Positions 35,986-44,950 of a stretch of DNA of 64,000 bases are shown here, piece after piece. The position numbers were made by a program, and so were the translations under genes. Position 1 is the first letter of the stretch. Every line of letters starts with the position of its first letter. The notes beneath the pieces are model-generated. The model had not been told where the DNA came from. It saw only the letters and a program-made list of their open reading frames with translations, and searched no databases. Source of the stretch: an uncultured Candidatus Rokubacteria bacterium (GTDB lineage Bacteria; Methylomirabilota; Methylomirabilia; Rokubacteriales; DASRDR01); assembly GCA_963826115.1 (NCBI GenBank), contig CAWGVS010000012.1:480001-544000 (forward strand), written 5' to 3'.

Positions 35986-36969
35986 ATGGGCACGTCGCGA
36001 CGCCAGTTCTTCCAGGTCACCGCCGGAGGTCTCGTCGCCGTCAGCGGGATCGCGGGGCGCGTCCGCCCCGTCGCGGCGCAAGGTCCCACCGTGAAGATCG
36101 GCACCGCCGTCCTCGGGGACTTCTCGATGGTCGCGCCGATCCTCGTGGCGCAGGAGAAGGGCCTCTTCCGGGGGCAAGGCGTCACCGCCGAGTTCCAGCC
36201 GTTCCGCGGCGGGCCGGACCTCGTCAAGGCCGTGGTCGCCGGGCAGATCCAGATCGGGGTCACCGGGGCGACCGACGTCCCGGTGTTCCGGGCCACCGGC
36301 GTGCCGATCCGGTTCATCGCCTCGCAGGTGGACGGGAACCACTTCACCCTCAACGTCGCCCAGTCGGTCACCAAGCTCGCGGACCTCAAGGGCAAGTCGA
36401 TCGGCGTGACGCGCGTCGGCGCGGCCACCTGGGTCTTCGCCGTGATGCTCGCGAAACAGCAGGGCTGGGACCCCGAGAAGGACGTGACCGTCGTCGGACT
36501 GGGCGGTCTCGACGCCCAGCTGGCCGCGCTCGCCCGCGGGGAGATCGCGGCGTTCATCTGGGGAGACGGCGGCGCCGTGACGGAGCTCCAGGGCAAGTCG
36601 AAGGTCCTGCTCCGGCTCGACACCGTCACGCCGAAGTGGATCAGCCAGGGGTACTACGCGACCGACGAGGCCATCAAGGGCAACAAGGACGCGCTGCAGA
36701 AGGCGTTGAAGGCGCTCTTCCAGGGGGTGCACTTCATCCGCGAGAGCCCGGGCGAGGCCGCGGCCATCGCGAGCAAGACGCTCCAGTGGCCGGAGGCTGC
36801 GATCGCGCAGGCCCAGAAGATCTCCGGGCCGCTCCTCTCCCGGGACGGGGTCCTCAGTGTCGAGGCCCTCGAGGCGATGCAGACGACGCTCCTCGAGTAC
36901 AAGCTCCAGGAGAAGCGCGTCCCGACCGCCGACCTCTACACGACGGAGTTCACGCCCGTCCGGCTGTAG
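35986..36969 (+). CDS. NitT/TauT (SsuA-like) ABC substrate-binding protein, Tat-exported
   Basis: SRRQFF Tat motif, AQEKGLF, DLKGKSIGVT; SD GAGGAG. Confidence 0.9.
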   Translation: MGTSRRQFFQVTAGGLVAVSGIAGRVRPVAAQGPTVKIGTAVLGDFSMVAPILVAQEKGLFRGQGVTAEFQPFRGGPDLVKAVVAGQIQIGVTGATDVPVFRATGVPIRFIASQVDGNHFTLNVAQSVTKLADLKGKSIGVTRVGAATWVFAVMLAKQQGWDPEKDVTVVGLGGLDAQLAALARGEIAAFIWGDGGAVTELQGKSKVLLRLDTVTPKWISQGYYATDEAIKGNKDALQKALKALFQGVHFIRESPGEAAAIASKTLQWPEAAIAQAQKISGPLLSRDGVLSVEALEAMQTTLLEYKLQEKRVPTADLYTTEFTPVRL

Positions 36970-36983
36970 CGACTCGCGGGTCC

Positions 36984-37616
36984 ATGGCCTCGCCACCTCC
37001 GGGATCTCCGAGAAGCCTGGTCGACGCGCTCGCGCGCAGTCAGGCCGCCAGCGTCAAGGCGTGCGAGGCGTTCGTGAACCAGGCGCTCGGCGACGCCCTC
37101 CGGCAGAGGCGCCTGGGCCCCGTGCGGCTCGAAACGGCCATCTTCACGCGCGTCGGCGCGGGGCTCGTGGTCAACGGCGCGATTCCGCTCAAGGCCACGG
37201 TCACCAAGGGTCACCTCCGGAAGCGCCCGCACGCGGTCGGGGTGCTCGTGAACACACTGCCCTTCCGAGACCCGATCACCGCGACCGCCCTGGGCCCCGG
37301 AGCGGCCCTGATCGAGCTCCGACCGGTCCCCGACGGCGAGTTCGCGTTCGACTTCGTGGGAGGCGACGGCCGGACCCGATTCTCGACGCGGGCGTCGCTC
37401 AAGGATCGCGGCGCATTCGAGTCCCTGCCCCCGGATCGGACGGTCGCGGCCGCCGGATTCTCGCTGATCGACATCGACATCACCGGCGGCAGCGGTCGGG
37501 ACGATCCGTTCCCGCCCGGGACCTTCTGGGTCTGCGTGTCGTTTCTCGGCTGGCGGTACTGCGGGTTCATCGACACCGGCCCCACGGTCCCCCAGGGCCC
37601 GATCATCATCGTCTGA
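36984..37616 (+). CDS. Hypothetical protein
   Basis: 210-aa ORF with normal amino-acid composition filling the gap between the binding protein and the permeases; no recognised motif. Confidence 0.65.
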   Translation: MASPPPGSPRSLVDALARSQAASVKACEAFVNQALGDALRQRRLGPVRLETAIFTRVGAGLVVNGAIPLKATVTKGHLRKRPHAVGVLVNTLPFRDPITATALGPGAALIELRPVPDGEFAFDFVGGDGRTRFSTRASLKDRGAFESLPPDRTVAAAGFSLIDIDITGGSGRDDPFPPGTFWVCVSFLGWRYCGFIDTGPTVPQGPIIIV

Positions 37617-37678
37617 CCGGCCGGCGGGTCCGGCCTCGACCGCCCGGTCCCGCGCCGGCGCCTGGCCGACCGGGTCCG

Positions 37679-38422
37679 CTACCGCCAGTGGCCGAGGCGG
37701 CGGTTCAGCCGCTCGAGCCCGAGCACCACGCTGACCGAGAGGACCGACACCAGCGCCGTCGCGGCGAACAGCTCAGGCGCGCGGAACGCGTTCGCGAGGC
37801 TCACCAGCAGGAAACCCATGCCCCGGATCCCGCCGAACATCTCGACCACCAGCACGCCGAGGAGGCAGAAGACGATCCCGAGCCTCATCCCGGCGAGGAC
37901 CGCCGGCAGGACGGCCGGGAGGATGACCTTCCGGTAGAGCTGCCACGAGGTCGCCCCCATCGAGCGGGCCACCCGGAGCGGCATCCGGTCGATGTCCCGC
38001 ACGCCGCCGGCAACCAGGAGGCAGATGGGAAAGAAGCCCTGGAGGACGCCGTAGACGACCGCCGGCGTCGCGGCGAGCCCGAAGGCGAGCAGGATCCAGG
38101 GCAGGACCAGGATCTTCGGCAGTGCGTAGAGCGCGACGACGAACGGATTGAGGACGTCGTGCAGATGGCGGACGCCGCCGATGAGCAGGCCCGCGCCGAC
38201 CCCCAGCGCCGTCGCGAGCACGAAGGCGATGAGGGTCTTGCCGAGCGTCTCCCCCACGAGTCCGCCCACCTGCGGCGCGACGGTCCGGAGCGCGCGCGCC
38301 ACCGCCGACGGCGCCGGCACGAAGAGCGGATCGACCCAGCCCAGTCGGGCGACGGCTTCCCACGCCGCGGCCAGCGCGGCGATCGAGAGGGCCTGGAGCA
38401 GTCGGCGACGGGCCGGGCTCAC
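37679..38422 (-). CDS. NitT/TauT ABC permease
   Basis: WEAVARLG..FVPAPS, YALPKI, ARSMGAT, VILPAVLP; GTGA overlap start. Confidence 0.9.
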   Translation of the reverse strand: MSPARRRLLQALSIAALAAAWEAVARLGWVDPLFVPAPSAVARALRTVAPQVGGLVGETLGKTLIAFVLATALGVGAGLLIGGVRHLHDVLNPFVVALYALPKILVLPWILLAFGLAATPAVVYGVLQGFFPICLLVAGGVRDIDRMPLRVARSMGATSWQLYRKVILPAVLPAVLAGMRLGIVFCLLGVLVVEMFGGIRGMGFLLVSLANAFRAPELFAATALVSVLSVSVVLGLERLNRRLGHWR

Positions 38423-39177
38423 GGCGCGCCTTCCGTCCACCGTCGCGCCCGGGTCTCCGTCCAGGCCGCGGCGCCGTCCACGATCACGACGAGCAGGAGC
38501 GCGAGGAGCGCGAGCGCCGCGTAGTCGGCCGTTCGAAAGCGGCCGTACGCATCGTTGATCAGGTACCCGAGACCCCGGCGCGCGCCGAGGATCTCGCCCA
38601 CCAGCACGCCGACGACCGTCAGCGCGAGACCCGCCCGGAGCCCGGCCACGAGCGTGGCCGTGATCCCCGGCAAGATCACCTTGACGAAGCACGCTCCCGG
38701 TCCCGCGCCGAAGGCTTGCGCCACCGCCAGGAGGTGCGGGTCGACGGAGCGGATCCCCGCCAGCACGGCCAGCACGATCGGGAAGAAGCCGAGCAGCACG
38801 CCGAACGCGATCTTCGAGGCGGGACCCAGGCCGAAGAAGAGCATGAGCGACGGGTACCACACGACGCTCGGGATCGCGTAGAGGGCGGCGAGGATCGGCT
38901 CGTAGACCTCGCCCACGTGGCGCGACAGCCCGAGCGCGAAGCCGAGCGTGAGGCCGAGCCCGACGGCGAGGAGGTAGGCGACGAGCACCTCGAAGGCCGT
39001 CAGGCCGAAGTGCGCGAGGAGCGTCGGGTACGCCTCCAGCCGGAGGACCCGCACGAACGCGGGCCAGACGCGCGACGGCGGCACGTACAGCAGCGGGTTG
39101 CCGCGCGACGCCCACAGCTCCCACGCGGCGAGGAGTCCCGCCAGGACCGCGAGGCGCGCAAGGACGATCCGCGTCAC
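38419..39177 (-). CDS. NitT/TauT ABC permease
   Basis: YAIPSVVWYP, AQAFGA, VILPG, GLGYLI; GTGA overlap start. Confidence 0.9.
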   Translation of the reverse strand: MTRIVLARLAVLAGLLAAWELWASRGNPLLYVPPSRVWPAFVRVLRLEAYPTLLAHFGLTAFEVLVAYLLAVGLGLTLGFALGLSRHVGEVYEPILAALYAIPSVVWYPSLMLFFGLGPASKIAFGVLLGFFPIVLAVLAGIRSVDPHLLAVAQAFGAGPGACFVKVILPGITATLVAGLRAGLALTVVGVLVGEILGARRGLGYLINDAYGRFRTADYAALALLALLLVVIVDGAAAWTETRARRWTEGAP

Positions 39178-39956
39178 GTCCCACCGTCCAGCGCGCGGCG
39201 CGACTCGTCGCGGATCGCGTCCCAGAGCGCGCGGCGAAGGGACGCCGCCGGCGCCGCGTCGAGGTCGCGGGGCGCCGGCAGGTCGACCGCGAAGCTCGCC
39301 TTGATACGGCCGGGCCGCGCGGTCATGACGACGATGCGCTGCGAGAGGAGGATCGCTTCCTGGAGGCTGTGGGTGACGAAGACCACGGTCTTGCGCGTCC
39401 GCGCCCAGATGCCGAGGAGCCACTCGCCCATGAGAAGCCGGGTCTGCTCGTCGAGCGCCCCGAACGGCTCGTCCATCAGGAGGATGGGCGCGTCGAGGGC
39501 GAGCGCCCGCGCGATGGCGACGCGCTGCTTCATCCCGCCCGACAGCTCGCGCGGATACCGCGCCTCGAACCCCCGGAGCCCGACGGGATCGAGGAGGGCC
39601 CGGGCGCGCTCCCGGCGCGCCTCCGCGGGCACCCCCTGGAGCTCGAGCCCGAACTCGACGTTCTCCAGCGCCGTCCGCCACGGGAAGAGTCCCGGATCCT
39701 GGAAGACCATCGCCGTCTGGCGCGGGTCCGGCCCGGCGACCGGGCGTCCCCCGATCTGCACGTCGCCGGTGTCGGGACGGGTCAGCCCGCCGATGATGGA
39801 GAGGAGGGTCGACTTGCCGCACCCCGACGGCCCCAGCACCGTCAGGAACTCCTGGGGCGCGACGTCGAGCGAGATGGCGTCCAGCGCGGGGACGGGCTGG
39901 TCCCGCGTGAGCCATTGCTTGGCGACGCGGCGCACCTCGATGTGGGCGGCGGCCAC
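39174..39956 (-). CDS. NitT/TauT ABC ATPase
   Basis: GPSGCGKST, LFPWRT, LSGGMKQR, MDEPFGALDEQTR, ARPGRI. Confidence 0.94.
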   Translation of the reverse strand: MAAAHIEVRRVAKQWLTRDQPVPALDAISLDVAPQEFLTVLGPSGCGKSTLLSIIGGLTRPDTGDVQIGGRPVAGPDPRQTAMVFQDPGLFPWRTALENVEFGLELQGVPAEARRERARALLDPVGLRGFEARYPRELSGGMKQRVAIARALALDAPILLMDEPFGALDEQTRLLMGEWLLGIWARTRKTVVFVTHSLQEAILLSQRIVVMTARPGRIKASFAVDLPAPRDLDAAPAASLRRALWDAIRDESRRALDGGT

Positions 39957-40010
39957 GGCCCGCATCCTACCGTGGCCGGCCCGTCGGCCGCGAGGCCCGC
40001 GCGCCCGCGC

Positions 40011-42593
40011 TCAGCGCGCGGTGCGGAGCGGGGCCAGGACGGCGAGGCGCTCGGCGAGGGCGGCCCGCACGTCGGGCACGACGGTCATCCCGTCCACGTC
40101 GAGCGTGCCGCGACCCTCGTAGCGCACCTGGAGCTCGACGTCCACGGGCTCCACGTCCGCCGCGAACGGCAGGACGACTTCTTCCCAGATTCCCGCTCCG
40201 CGCGCGGGCGCCCAGTCCCGGCTCGCCGCCCGCTCGTATCCCCGCCCCGGCAGGTGCCGGAGAACCTCGAGCCGCGCGAGCGGCCCGGGGCTCGCGCCCG
40301 CGCCGCGGACGCGGAAGCTCGCGAGGTACCGGCCCCGGAGGAAGTGCTGCGGCAGCCAGACCTTCAGCACGCCGGCGGGAGTCGCGCCGGCGCGGGCCCG
40401 CACGAGCTGCCCGCCGCGTGCGGTCGCGTCCTCGACGACGTCGCCGATGCGCGCCGGGCTCGTCTCCGCCTCACCGCGGAAGGTGTGCCCGAACCACAAG
40501 ACCCGGGCGCGGCCGACGAGCGTCAGGTAGTCGTCGCGCCAGGCGTCGCCGTCCGGGCGCGCCGCCAGCGCGACGAGACCGTCGAGCAAGCCCGGCGCCG
40601 CCCGCTCGAGCTCGCCGAGCGCGGCGCGCGCGCCGTCCGCGTCGCCCGCGCGCGCGCGAGCCCCGGCGAGGTCGAGGAGCCGCGCCGGCTCCATCCAGCG
40701 CGCGCCGCGGCACGCCTCGAGCTGGCGGACCGCCCCGGACCAGTCCTCGCGGGCGGAGAGCTGCTCCGCCACGTCGCACGGTGTGCGCAGGAGGCGGACG
40801 GCGACGCGCCCTTCGCCCGGTTCGATGCCCAGGCGGTAGAAGTGTTTGAACCAGGGGAAGCCGCGCCACGGCGACACCTCGACGAGGGTCGGGCGCCGGG
40901 GCTCGAGGGTGATCGCGCGGCTCCGGAGCCCCCAGCGCACGCGGACCCGCCCCTCGCCGCTGAGCGCGAGCGCGATCCGGGGCAGCGGGGTCCGCGACAC
41001 GATCGTCCACGCCCGCGAGTATCCCGGGGTCGCCACGAGGGCGGTCCGGTCGGGCACCGCGTCGGGGTCCACGAAGACGATGTCTTCGTTCGAGGCCACG
41101 TCGTCGGGCGGGGGGAAGGCGAACGGGACCCGCATCGACTCGAGGTCGTAATAGCTGATCGTCGGCGCGATGAAGCCCCGCGGCAGGAGCTCGAAGCGAC
41201 GCAGGAGCTTTCCATCCCGCTCGAGGCGCTCGAAGGCGTGCGCCAGCGCGGGGATCCGCTGCGCGGAATACCAGACGTGGCTCCGGTCGTCACTCTGCGT
41301 GTCCGTCACGAAGAGCGGGTTGGCCTCCGCCTCTCCCCGCGCGTATTCGTGGAGGGCGACCGGGCGCGCGTCGGGCGGCAGAGACCGCTGCCGCCACCGG
41401 AGCGCCAGCTCGCGCGTGTCGTCGGTCCAGAAGAGGTAGGCGACCTGGAGGGCGTCCACGGCCGTCAGGGTGAGCAGCGCGACGGCGGCCACGAGCGCCG
41501 CCGGCCGCGACCACCGGGCGAGGCGGCTCAGCGCCACCGCGGTCCCGATGCTGAGGAACGGCGCGAGGATCACGAGGTAGCGGTCGTCGAGCCCGTGCGG
41601 GCGGAACCACACGTACACCGCGACCACGACCAGCGGCGTCGTCAGGGTGAGCCATCCCCGTCGGTGGCGCCGCGCCAGCTCGATCACCCCGGCGAGCGCC
41701 GCCAGGCCGAGGACAACCCCGTACCACTCGAGGGCCAGGCCCACGACGGCGCGGGGCCCGAGCCAGAGCCGCGTGAGCGGGTCCAGCATGACGCCGAGGA
41801 AGAGCTCGGGGGACTGCCGGACCTGGGCGAGCCAGCGACCGGGCTCGACGAGCGCGAGCGGCGTGCTGAGGACGAAGGCGAGGCCGGTGAGGAGCGCGGC
41901 GCCGGCGACCAGGAGCGCGCCGCGACGGGGGGCGGGCCGGTAGTTCCCCGTGAGGGCCACGAGCACCGTCGCGAACACGACCACGCCGAAGAACTTGGCG
42001 GACGCGGCGAGCCCGGCCAGGGCGCCGACCGCCAGGAATCCGAGCGGCGCCCCGGTGATGTAGGCGATCGCCGCGGCGTAGAAGGCGGCGACGACGAAGA
42101 ACGTCTGCCCGACGTCGCCCATCTCGAAGTGGGCGTGCACGATCGACACGGGACTCAGCGCCAAAAGGCTGGCGGCGAGGAGGCCGACCCGCGCGCCGAA
42201 CAGCCGCCGCGCGGCGAGGGCGAGGACGCCGACGGTCGCCGTCCCCAGGGCTGCGTTCACCAGACGCGCCAGCACGACCACCTGTGACCAGGACGGGCTC
42301 TGCGCCGACCCGTGCGGGTCGACGAGCGCGCCGAGCCGCAGCAGGAGCGCCGACAGGTACATGTGGAGGACCGGGTACGTGTCCTCGGGAATGAGGTCCC
42401 CGCGAAAGAACGGGACGATCCGCTGGAGCTGCTTCGGCGTGTCCGAGTGGTAGACCCAGTCGGGCAGCCCGTAGCTCAGACCGGCCACGCGCAGAAGAAA
42501 CCCCGCCGCGAGGATCGCCGGAAGGACCCCGCGGGGCCACGGCCGAGGCGGCGCGAGATCCGGGTCGGGCGCAGGCGACGGCGGGAGCGGCAC
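40011..42593 (-). CDS. GT-C fold (ArnT/PMT-like) membrane glycosyltransferase with long extracytoplasmic C-terminus
   Basis: GLP..YHSD, YPVLHMY, ARRLFGARVGLLAA, GLAASAKF, RYLVIL; many TM helices; GTG start 6 nt after TACAAT. Confidence 0.82.
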   Translation of the reverse strand: MPLPPSPAPDPDLAPPRPWPRGVLPAILAAGFLLRVAGLSYGLPDWVYHSDTPKQLQRIVPFFRGDLIPEDTYPVLHMYLSALLLRLGALVDPHGSAQSPSWSQVVVLARLVNAALGTATVGVLALAARRLFGARVGLLAASLLALSPVSIVHAHFEMGDVGQTFFVVAAFYAAAIAYITGAPLGFLAVGALAGLAASAKFFGVVVFATVLVALTGNYRPAPRRGALLVAGAALLTGLAFVLSTPLALVEPGRWLAQVRQSPELFLGVMLDPLTRLWLGPRAVVGLALEWYGVVLGLAALAGVIELARRHRRGWLTLTTPLVVVAVYVWFRPHGLDDRYLVILAPFLSIGTAVALSRLARWSRPAALVAAVALLTLTAVDALQVAYLFWTDDTRELALRWRQRSLPPDARPVALHEYARGEAEANPLFVTDTQSDDRSHVWYSAQRIPALAHAFERLERDGKLLRRFELLPRGFIAPTISYYDLESMRVPFAFPPPDDVASNEDIVFVDPDAVPDRTALVATPGYSRAWTIVSRTPLPRIALALSGEGRVRVRWGLRSRAITLEPRRPTLVEVSPWRGFPWFKHFYRLGIEPGEGRVAVRLLRTPCDVAEQLSAREDWSGAVRQLEACRGARWMEPARLLDLAGARARAGDADGARAALGELERAAPGLLDGLVALAARPDGDAWRDDYLTLVGRARVLWFGHTFRGEAETSPARIGDVVEDATARGGQLVRARAGATPAGVLKVWLPQHFLRGRYLASFRVRGAGASPGPLARLEVLRHLPGRGYERAASRDWAPARGAGIWEEVVLPFAADVEPVDVELQVRYEGRGTLDVDGMTVVPDVRAALAERLAVLAPLRTAR

Positions 42594-42677
42594 GCTCCGA
42601 TTGTACTCGGCGCTCACCCCCGCGCCGGCGCGGCGCCGGCCGGACGCGCGAAGGAACGATGGTACACTCCGTCCGCC

Positions 42678-43772
42678 ATGGCGCCCCGCTGGCGACCGAT
42701 CCTCGCGGAGATCGAGCCGTACATCGTGCCGCCGCCGCTCGACCGGCTCGCGGCCGAGCTGGGCCATTCGGTGCTACGGCTGTCCGCCAACGAGAACCCC
42801 GTGGGCCCGTCGCCCCTCGCGGTCGAGGCGATCCGGCGGGAGGCCGCGCGCATCCACCTCTACCCTGACGGCGGCGCGCCGGCGCTCGCCGAGGTGGTGG
42901 CGGACGCGCTCGGAATCGCGCCCGGCCAGCTCGTGTTCGGCAACGGCGGCGACGAGATCATCACGCTCCTCGCCCGGGCGCTCCTCGATCCCGGCGACGA
43001 GGTCGTCGTGCCGGAGCCCTCGTTCGAGCCGTACACGACCACGACCCTGTTGTCGGGCGGCGTGGTCGTCGCGAGCCCGCTCCGCGACTACCGGATCGAC
43101 CTCGACGACGTCCTCCGCCGCGTCGGGCCCCGCACGAAGCTCGTCTGCCTGACGAGCCCGCACAACCCGACGGGCACGGTGCTGGACCGGAGCGCCTGGG
43201 AGCGCTTCTGCGCGGACTGCCCGGCCGACGCGATGGTCCTGCTCGACGAGGCCTACATCGACTTCATCGAGACGCCGGCACGGGCCGCGGACGGGCTGGC
43301 GGCCCTCGCCATCCGGCCGGAGGGCCTGGTGCTGCTCCGCACGTTCTCGAAGATCACGGGGCTCGCCGGGCTGCGCGTCGGCTACGCGATCGCCGCACCC
43401 GCGGTGATCGGTCAGCTGGAGCGCGTGCGCGAGCCCTTCAACGTGGGCCGGCTGGCGCAGGCGGGCGCAGCGGCGGGGGCGCGGGACGCCGCGCACCGCG
43501 AGGCGACGCGGCGGGTCGTCTGGGCGGAGCGGCGGGCGCTGGCCGCGGCCTTCGCGGCCCGCGGTCTCCACCATCCGCCGAGCGAGGCGAACTTCTTCCT
43601 GGTCCGGCTGGGCCGGCCGGCGCGCCCGGTGATCGCGGCGCTGCGAGCCCGCGGTGTCCTGGTGCGGGACGGAGCCGCGGTGGGCTACCCGGAGCACCTC
43701 CGGATCACCATCGGGACCCCGGAGCAGAACGCGCGCTTGCTCGACGCGCTCGACCGGGCGCTGGCGGGCTGA
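42678..43772 (+). CDS. hisC: Histidinol-phosphate aminotransferase
   Basis: LSANENPVG, YPD, GNGGDEII, PHNPTG, LDEAY, RTFSKITGLAGLRVGY, RITIG. Confidence 0.92.
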   Translation: MAPRWRPILAEIEPYIVPPPLDRLAAELGHSVLRLSANENPVGPSPLAVEAIRREAARIHLYPDGGAPALAEVVADALGIAPGQLVFGNGGDEIITLLARALLDPGDEVVVPEPSFEPYTTTTLLSGGVVVASPLRDYRIDLDDVLRRVGPRTKLVCLTSPHNPTGTVLDRSAWERFCADCPADAMVLLDEAYIDFIETPARAADGLAALAIRPEGLVLLRTFSKITGLAGLRVGYAIAAPAVIGQLERVREPFNVGRLAQAGAAAGARDAAHREATRRVVWAERRALAAAFAARGLHHPPSEANFFLVRLGRPARPVIAALRARGVLVRDGAAVGYPEHLRITIGTPEQNARLLDALDRALAG

Positions 43773-43784
43773 GCCCGCCCGACG

Positions 43785-44264
43785 CTACGGCGTCGCGCGC
43801 TTGGCCGGCGCCGGCTTGGTGGCCACGGGCGTGGCCTTCGGCCGCGTCGGCGCGGCGTTCGCCACCTTCGTCGCCTTCGGCTTGTCGGTCTTCTCGGCCT
43901 TGGCCGCGACCGGACGCGCCGTCGCCGACTTCTCGAGCGCCACATTCCGCTCGGCGAGCGAGTCCTTCTCGGCCGAGATCGCGGCGAGCCGCTTCTGGAC
44001 CAGGTCGACCTGGCGCTGGGCGTCCTCGGCCCGGAGACGCTGCGTCTCGGCCTCGGCGCGCAGCCCGTTGACCTGCGCGCCGAGTGCCTCGGCGCGGGTC
44101 GCGGCCTGATTCCACTGGTAGCCGACGAACACCAGGGCGAGCGCGAGGACCACGCTGGCGATCGCTCCCCAGGCGCGGCGCCGCGGCTCCTCCTCGTACA
44201 TCTCGTCCATGTCGTCGTCGGGCGTCTCGCGCTGCGGCTTGAGCTCTTGCTGGATCGTGGCCAT
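43785..44264 (-). CDS. Bitopic membrane protein with coiled coil and Ala/Lys/Pro-rich tail
   Basis: Acidic N-terminus, one TM helix, heptad-like segment, low-complexity basic tail; SD GAGGGAGG. Confidence 0.75.
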   Translation of the reverse strand: MATIQQELKPQRETPDDDMDEMYEEEPRRRAWGAIASVVLALALVFVGYQWNQAATRAEALGAQVNGLRAEAETQRLRAEDAQRQVDLVQKRLAAISAEKDSLAERNVALEKSATARPVAAKAEKTDKPKATKVANAAPTRPKATPVATKPAPAKRATP

Positions 44265-44386
44265 GGTCCCTCCCTCGCGCGAATTGTCCCACCGGTCCAG
44301 GGGGCACCCAAAGAAATTTGGGAGGCGCGAACGCTCCCGGCGGCGGCGGGCGCTGCGGTATCATACGCGGCGAGGAGCGGCGACCG

Positions 44387-44950
44387 ATGATGGCAGCCGG
44401 CGAGCCGGCGCGGACGCCCAGCCTGGCACGGTTCTTCGAGAGGGCCGTCCGCCAGGCGCTCGGCGACCTGCGCCTCGGCGGCCCGGCCGAGGGGGCCTAC
44501 CTGGCCGCGCTGCTCACCCGTTTCGCCCGCACGGACGAGCTCTACGCGATCCGGGACGCGGCCGGCCGGCCGCTCGACTCGGTGGCGGGGCTCCTGATCG
44601 AGGCCGAGCGCGCCTGGGACTTCGGCGCACCGGACTTCGACCCGTTCCGGGAGCGGCGGGTGCGGCAGCACGTGGGGGACTACGCATTGTTCATGACCGG
44701 CCTGTTCCGCGAGCATGTCGAGCGCCGCGTGGGCGCCGGCTATTACGTCCGTCAAGGGCAGCGCGCGTACCAGGCCGTCGCGGATTTCGAGCGGTCGGCG
44801 CTCCGCCCGGAGGCCTCGCTCTTCGCCGCCCTGGCCGCGGGGTTCGAGCGCTACGCCGCGGGGCTCGCCTACCTGAAGCGCGTCTACTTCCGCCCCGCCG
44901 ACTCCCCCCCGGCCCTCCAGCCCGTGCTGCGGCTCCTGACCCAATGGTAG
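44387..44950 (+). CDS. Conserved hypothetical alpha-helical protein
   Basis: SD GAGGAG; YLAALLTRF, RQHVGDYALFMTGLF, YYVRQGQRAY. Confidence 0.8.
   Translation: MMAAGEPARTPSLARFFERAVRQALGDLRLGGPAEGAYLAALLTRFARTDELYAIRDAAGRPLDSVAGLLIEAERAWDFGAPDFDPFRERRVRQHVGDYALFMTGLFREHVERRVGAGYYVRQGQRAYQAVADFERSALRPEASLFAALAAGFERYAAGLAYLKRVYFRPADSPPALQPVLRLLTQW

Noticed and set aside
35805-36629. N-terminal extension of GlnD (1184-aa track ORF)
   Set aside because: It is antisense to the ABC binding-protein gene, and a good promoter sits directly before ATG 35804
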